A stretch of 64,000 bases of DNA from Selaginella moellendorffii (lineage: Eukaryota > Plantae > Lycopodiophyta), in the NCBI RefSeq assembly GCF_000143415.4, contig NW_003314261.1, positions 1,936,117 to 2,000,116 of the forward strand. Direction: 5' to 3'. The translations under genes were made by a program, and so were the position numbers. The number at the start of each line of letters is the position of its first letter. Positions within the stretch are counted from its first letter, which is position 1. The notes beneath the pieces were generated by a model that saw only the letters and a list, made by a program, of their open reading frames with translations, was not told the origin of the DNA and made no database searches. Positions 60,501 to 64,000 of the stretch are shown here, in pieces.

Positions 60501-63500
60501 ATCAGCCACTTGAGGTGGCTCGGTCTGAGAGCAGTGTCTTGGAGTAGAATGGTACTCGATATCAGGCCTATGAGAGCTTTTCGCTCCAAGGTCCATACCA
60601 ACATCTTCCCCAGCAAAGGAAAAACGACACTTTGAGTGGACAGTCTTCATATCACCAATAAAAGCTCGGGGAGTGTACTCCATAGATGTGCCACGGACCA
60701 CTTCCTCAATTGCAGTTGCCACTGTTCGGGCGGGTGGAGTTAATTTTCTCTTCATCCTATCATGTAACATCTCAACAGAAGGCCCTGTTCCCATGTATCT
60801 TCCTTCCTCAAATGCCAGTGCTTTTGAAGATTGCTCTATAACATGTATCAAATCTGATAGACAAGCTTCGTATAGACTCATCTTTCCTTTCCCTGCCTCA
60901 AAGGAACACTAACTCCAATGCTTACTTTTGGAGAGATTCACAATTGGGGTGTATGCGAGGTCCTCAAGTGGTTGATCCTAATGGAAAAGGCAATATTAAG
61001 AGGTAATAAAAGGAGAAGAAAAAATACAAACCAACATGAAAAGAGTGATGTCCCCACTGGAACATCCTAACTTCCCACCATCCTAACTATGACTCAAGTT
61101 GTGGTAGGCAACTTATGTTTGTATGGCCATCTTCACGCCACCACATTCGGATCTCGTTTGCTTTTGCCTCATGCTCTTCTTCAGAAGGTGCAACCTGCCA
61201 TTATTTGCACAACTCCTTAAATATTGATTGAAACTCTGGCTTGATAAAGTGGCAATGTTGGTTTAGGCTTTGAGCCAAATGGAACTCACAAGTCCTCTCA
61301 CGACCTTCCAATGGCTAACCATTCCCAAAAACTGCTCGGATACCATTCCAATTTGCACTAGCCCCATTTGCCATGAAACCGTGAAAGTTTGCAGGCTTAC
61401 CAGTCCGCTTTAGGACAATATCAGAGAGGGACTTCCAAAATATTTCTTGTGTTGTTTGGTCTTGTACTTTAAACTCTACTGTCGCAATTGTTAAGTTATA
61501 ATGTAACCTATAAAAACACAAATATTATAACAATTTCAATATAATGAGAATAAAAATTACCTTGGATTATACACACGAGCTCCCATGGTTGTCCAACCCG
61601 ATACGTGCTCCATATGGTCAAAATGTACCCATGCATTTCTAAGGTCACTAAACCCAAACATGTCCATTCGGGAGACAAGATCTGTGCTAGAGGTAGAGCT
61701 CATGGTAGACATTTTGAAGATGAAGAGGCGCTCTTGCTCATTCACAACTTGGTCTGGAAACAAAATTCTGTGGATGAACTTATATGGATAGGTCTGTTTT
61801 TTGATTGCAACTTCCCCCTCGAGATTCACATATCCAAGATTTTATCCTAAACAATATAATGTAAGAAAAAATTATTATTATAACGTATGAAAAATAACGG
61901 ATATACCTCCTTAGGCTAGTAGCAGGTTGTACTCCTCGTAGTAAGTCCCGCAAGCTAACCTCATTTAATTGAGTCTTTTGGCAACCTGGATTGAGTAAGG
62001 TGTTTGCGATAAAATCCTTAAGGACGGTCTTCTGAACATGTTTTGGAGTTGCAGATGAGTTTCTCATAGTCTCTTTCTACACAACATCTTTGAAATGGTT
62101 GAAAGAACTCCTTTGCATCCCTTCCTGCATTGGATGCATATGTGTGCCAACATGCACTACAGCTCTTCCAGCCACTCCATCCCGTAGAAGAAAGTAGTAC
62201 ATCTTGGCCTCGCATATAGCATAACATAGAGGAGCATTTTTGCAGAATCAACATTTGAATTCAACAACAATAGTAACACAGGTTGGAGGATTGACTGCAG
62301 ACCCTTCGAAAAATATAGAGTTTTTAGAGCAGTCTCAATTGCATGCTTCATCCACACAATCTAAATGCCCGCCACAATGAACTATAGACACTGTGCCTTC
62401 AAAATGTTGGAATGTGTGGTCTTGATTTTGCACCAATTGTGGACATCCTGCTTGGTTTCCATCCCCTTCCATTTGGAACTTGTACTACTGACAAGAGGTG
62501 GTAGCTCGAAGAAAATGTTGCCATTATAGGAGGATGGAAACTCATTCACAAGCCTATACAAAAACAAGTGCACATCGATTGAAAGGTATGAAAACTAGAA
62601 AGCATTGCTAATGGTTTTGAATATTGTTGAAGTTGGAGCTGGAGCTGGTGAATTCGGTGCCGACACTAGCATGACTTCTCCACTTGAACTAGAAGAGGAC
62701 GAGAGGATAACGACTGACTCTTGCTTCACATTCACTTTGGCTGGAGCGCATTTTGGCATTTTGACTGGAGATCCAAACACTCAAATTTCCTTCGACTTGG
62801 AATTCTGTAAATCCCATTGTTGTCCACCCTCGCCCACACCAAAACGAAGAAACTCCATGTATGCAACTATACCAGTGTCGTTGCGAATCACAGCCTCTAA
62901 AGAAATAGAGCCAAGCAGAAGATCAAAACGCCTATATAAAAAACTTTCAGAAACAATACTTTGAGAGAATGAAAGAGGTGGGTGATCTCGAAAATGAAGA
63001 AGAAACCTCTCCATCCTTCTCAATAGGTTTTGGAGTTCTCTCTCTTTATGCTACTTGTAAAAATCCATAGTGAAACATAATTAAAATTTAAATAGAGTAA
63101 TAAGAAGACAACGTACAAAATGAATTTAAATTTTATAGCAAATTTAACATGTTCAAGTGTGACAGCATTAATATTACTATCATCTATTATGATGTTTGAT
63201 GCATGTATACACATAGATCCAAGGAAAGATTTTCAGCACGTGAAGTTTGATAGTTAATAATGATACCATTAATGACATTCTGCTATAACGTGTCAAACCA
63301 AGAGATCCAATCTAACTATCAACACATGTGATATGTCAAGTTGTCAAATTTTAAGTGGTAGATGATAATAAATCTTGTCAAATCTTATTCTTCAATGATA
63401 GATTTGATTCGTAGTACAACTCAAGTTTTATCCATAATTGTGAACACTGCTCAATGACATTTAAAGCACGTGCCTATTGTTTAGGATCTAATACAACACA

Positions 63501-63899
63501 AAATAAATTTCTGGATGAGGATTCATCAGTTCATAGATGGATATAGTACAACATATTTTAACGTGCCTTATTTATACTCTTTAAAGTTTTTGTAATGATT
63601 CCAAAATATGCACAAAATATTGATGAGAATCCATCCTTTCTAGATAATTTGTAAAATATAATATCATATCTCTAATAACAGAAATGTTGATAGGTGCTAG
63701 TTATACCATCATTAAAATATACAAAATAAAGAAGCATAATTTACATATAATAATAATGATAAGATAAAATAAGATCAAAGATATTGTGATGGTTAAGATT
63801 TAGGTTATTCGGAATGAACGGCCAGGATGAGAGATTGGTTAGGGTTAGGGCAGCCGTCAGGATTAGGGTTAGGGTAGCTGCCAAGATTAGGTTGCGAAG

Positions 63900-64000
63900 G
63901 AGATTGAGCGCGAGCAAGAGAGTTTGAGCCCGCGAGCGGGAAAGATTGAGTGCACAAGTAGGAGAGATTGAGCACGCGAGTGGGAGAGATTGAGCGTGCG
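63900..64000. repeat. Tandem subterminal repeat of about 21 bp (gagagattgagcrcgcgagtgg)
   Basis: About five copies of gattgagc up to the window end. Confidence 0.8.

Larger units (their letters stand above)
58818..62800 (-). pseudogene. MULE-type transposase with a Cys-rich N-terminus and C-terminal SWIM finger
   Basis: YNGNIFFELPP...WCKIKTT; WVHFDH..VSGWTT; FHGFMANGASANWNGIRAVF...CEFH; CTCPDF...PCKHMYY. Interrupted by a TRIM and a solo LTR. Confidence 0.78.
57749..64000 (-). mobile_element. Mutator-like (MULE) DNA transposon with a SWIM-domain transposase, running off the window
   Basis: Subterminal gagctca repeats at 57765-57807 and 21-bp repeats at 63900-64000, with an internal transposase pseudogene. 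Confidence 0.75.

Overview
This is a 64-kb heterochromatin-like nest of transposable elements from a land plant. TTTAGGG motifs, Cassandra TRIMs and 45-57 nt introns suggest a non-seed plant such as Selaginella (inference). No intact host gene is evident. Target-site duplications (TSDs) resolve the nesting. (1) A minus-strand Tat-like Ty3/Gypsy deletion derivative (A, 1435-28842) contains a non-chromovirus Ty3/Gypsy element (3317-24817, TSD CACGT). The RNase H region of that element is interrupted by a 13.2-kb DNA transposon (9667-22886; 24-bp TIRs, 4-bp TTAT TSD, Sola-like DDD transposase). (2) A plus-strand copy of the same Tat-like family (B, 29324-47237, extra archaeal-type RNase H) contains a self-priming chromovirus, a Cassandra and a composite solo LTR. 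(3) Mutator-like SWIM elements at the right end contain a Ty3/Gypsy element with an internal inversion, further Cassandras and a TRIM. The standout is the 13.2-kb DNA transposon. Divergent from its transposase it carries an 11-exon, about 1,640-codon cargo gene: ParB/Srx-like domain, degenerate amino-methyltransferase-like region, acidic tract, FCP1/NIF-type HAD phosphatase-like domain. The element is studded from end to end with about 25 copies of a 22-bp palindrome (ATGGCRTG-N6-CAYGCCAT), which also sit in introns and in-frame in coding loops. This is a candidate ParB/parS-like self-recognition or anti-silencing system in a eukaryotic transposon. Domain calls are by eye and need HMM or structure confirmation.
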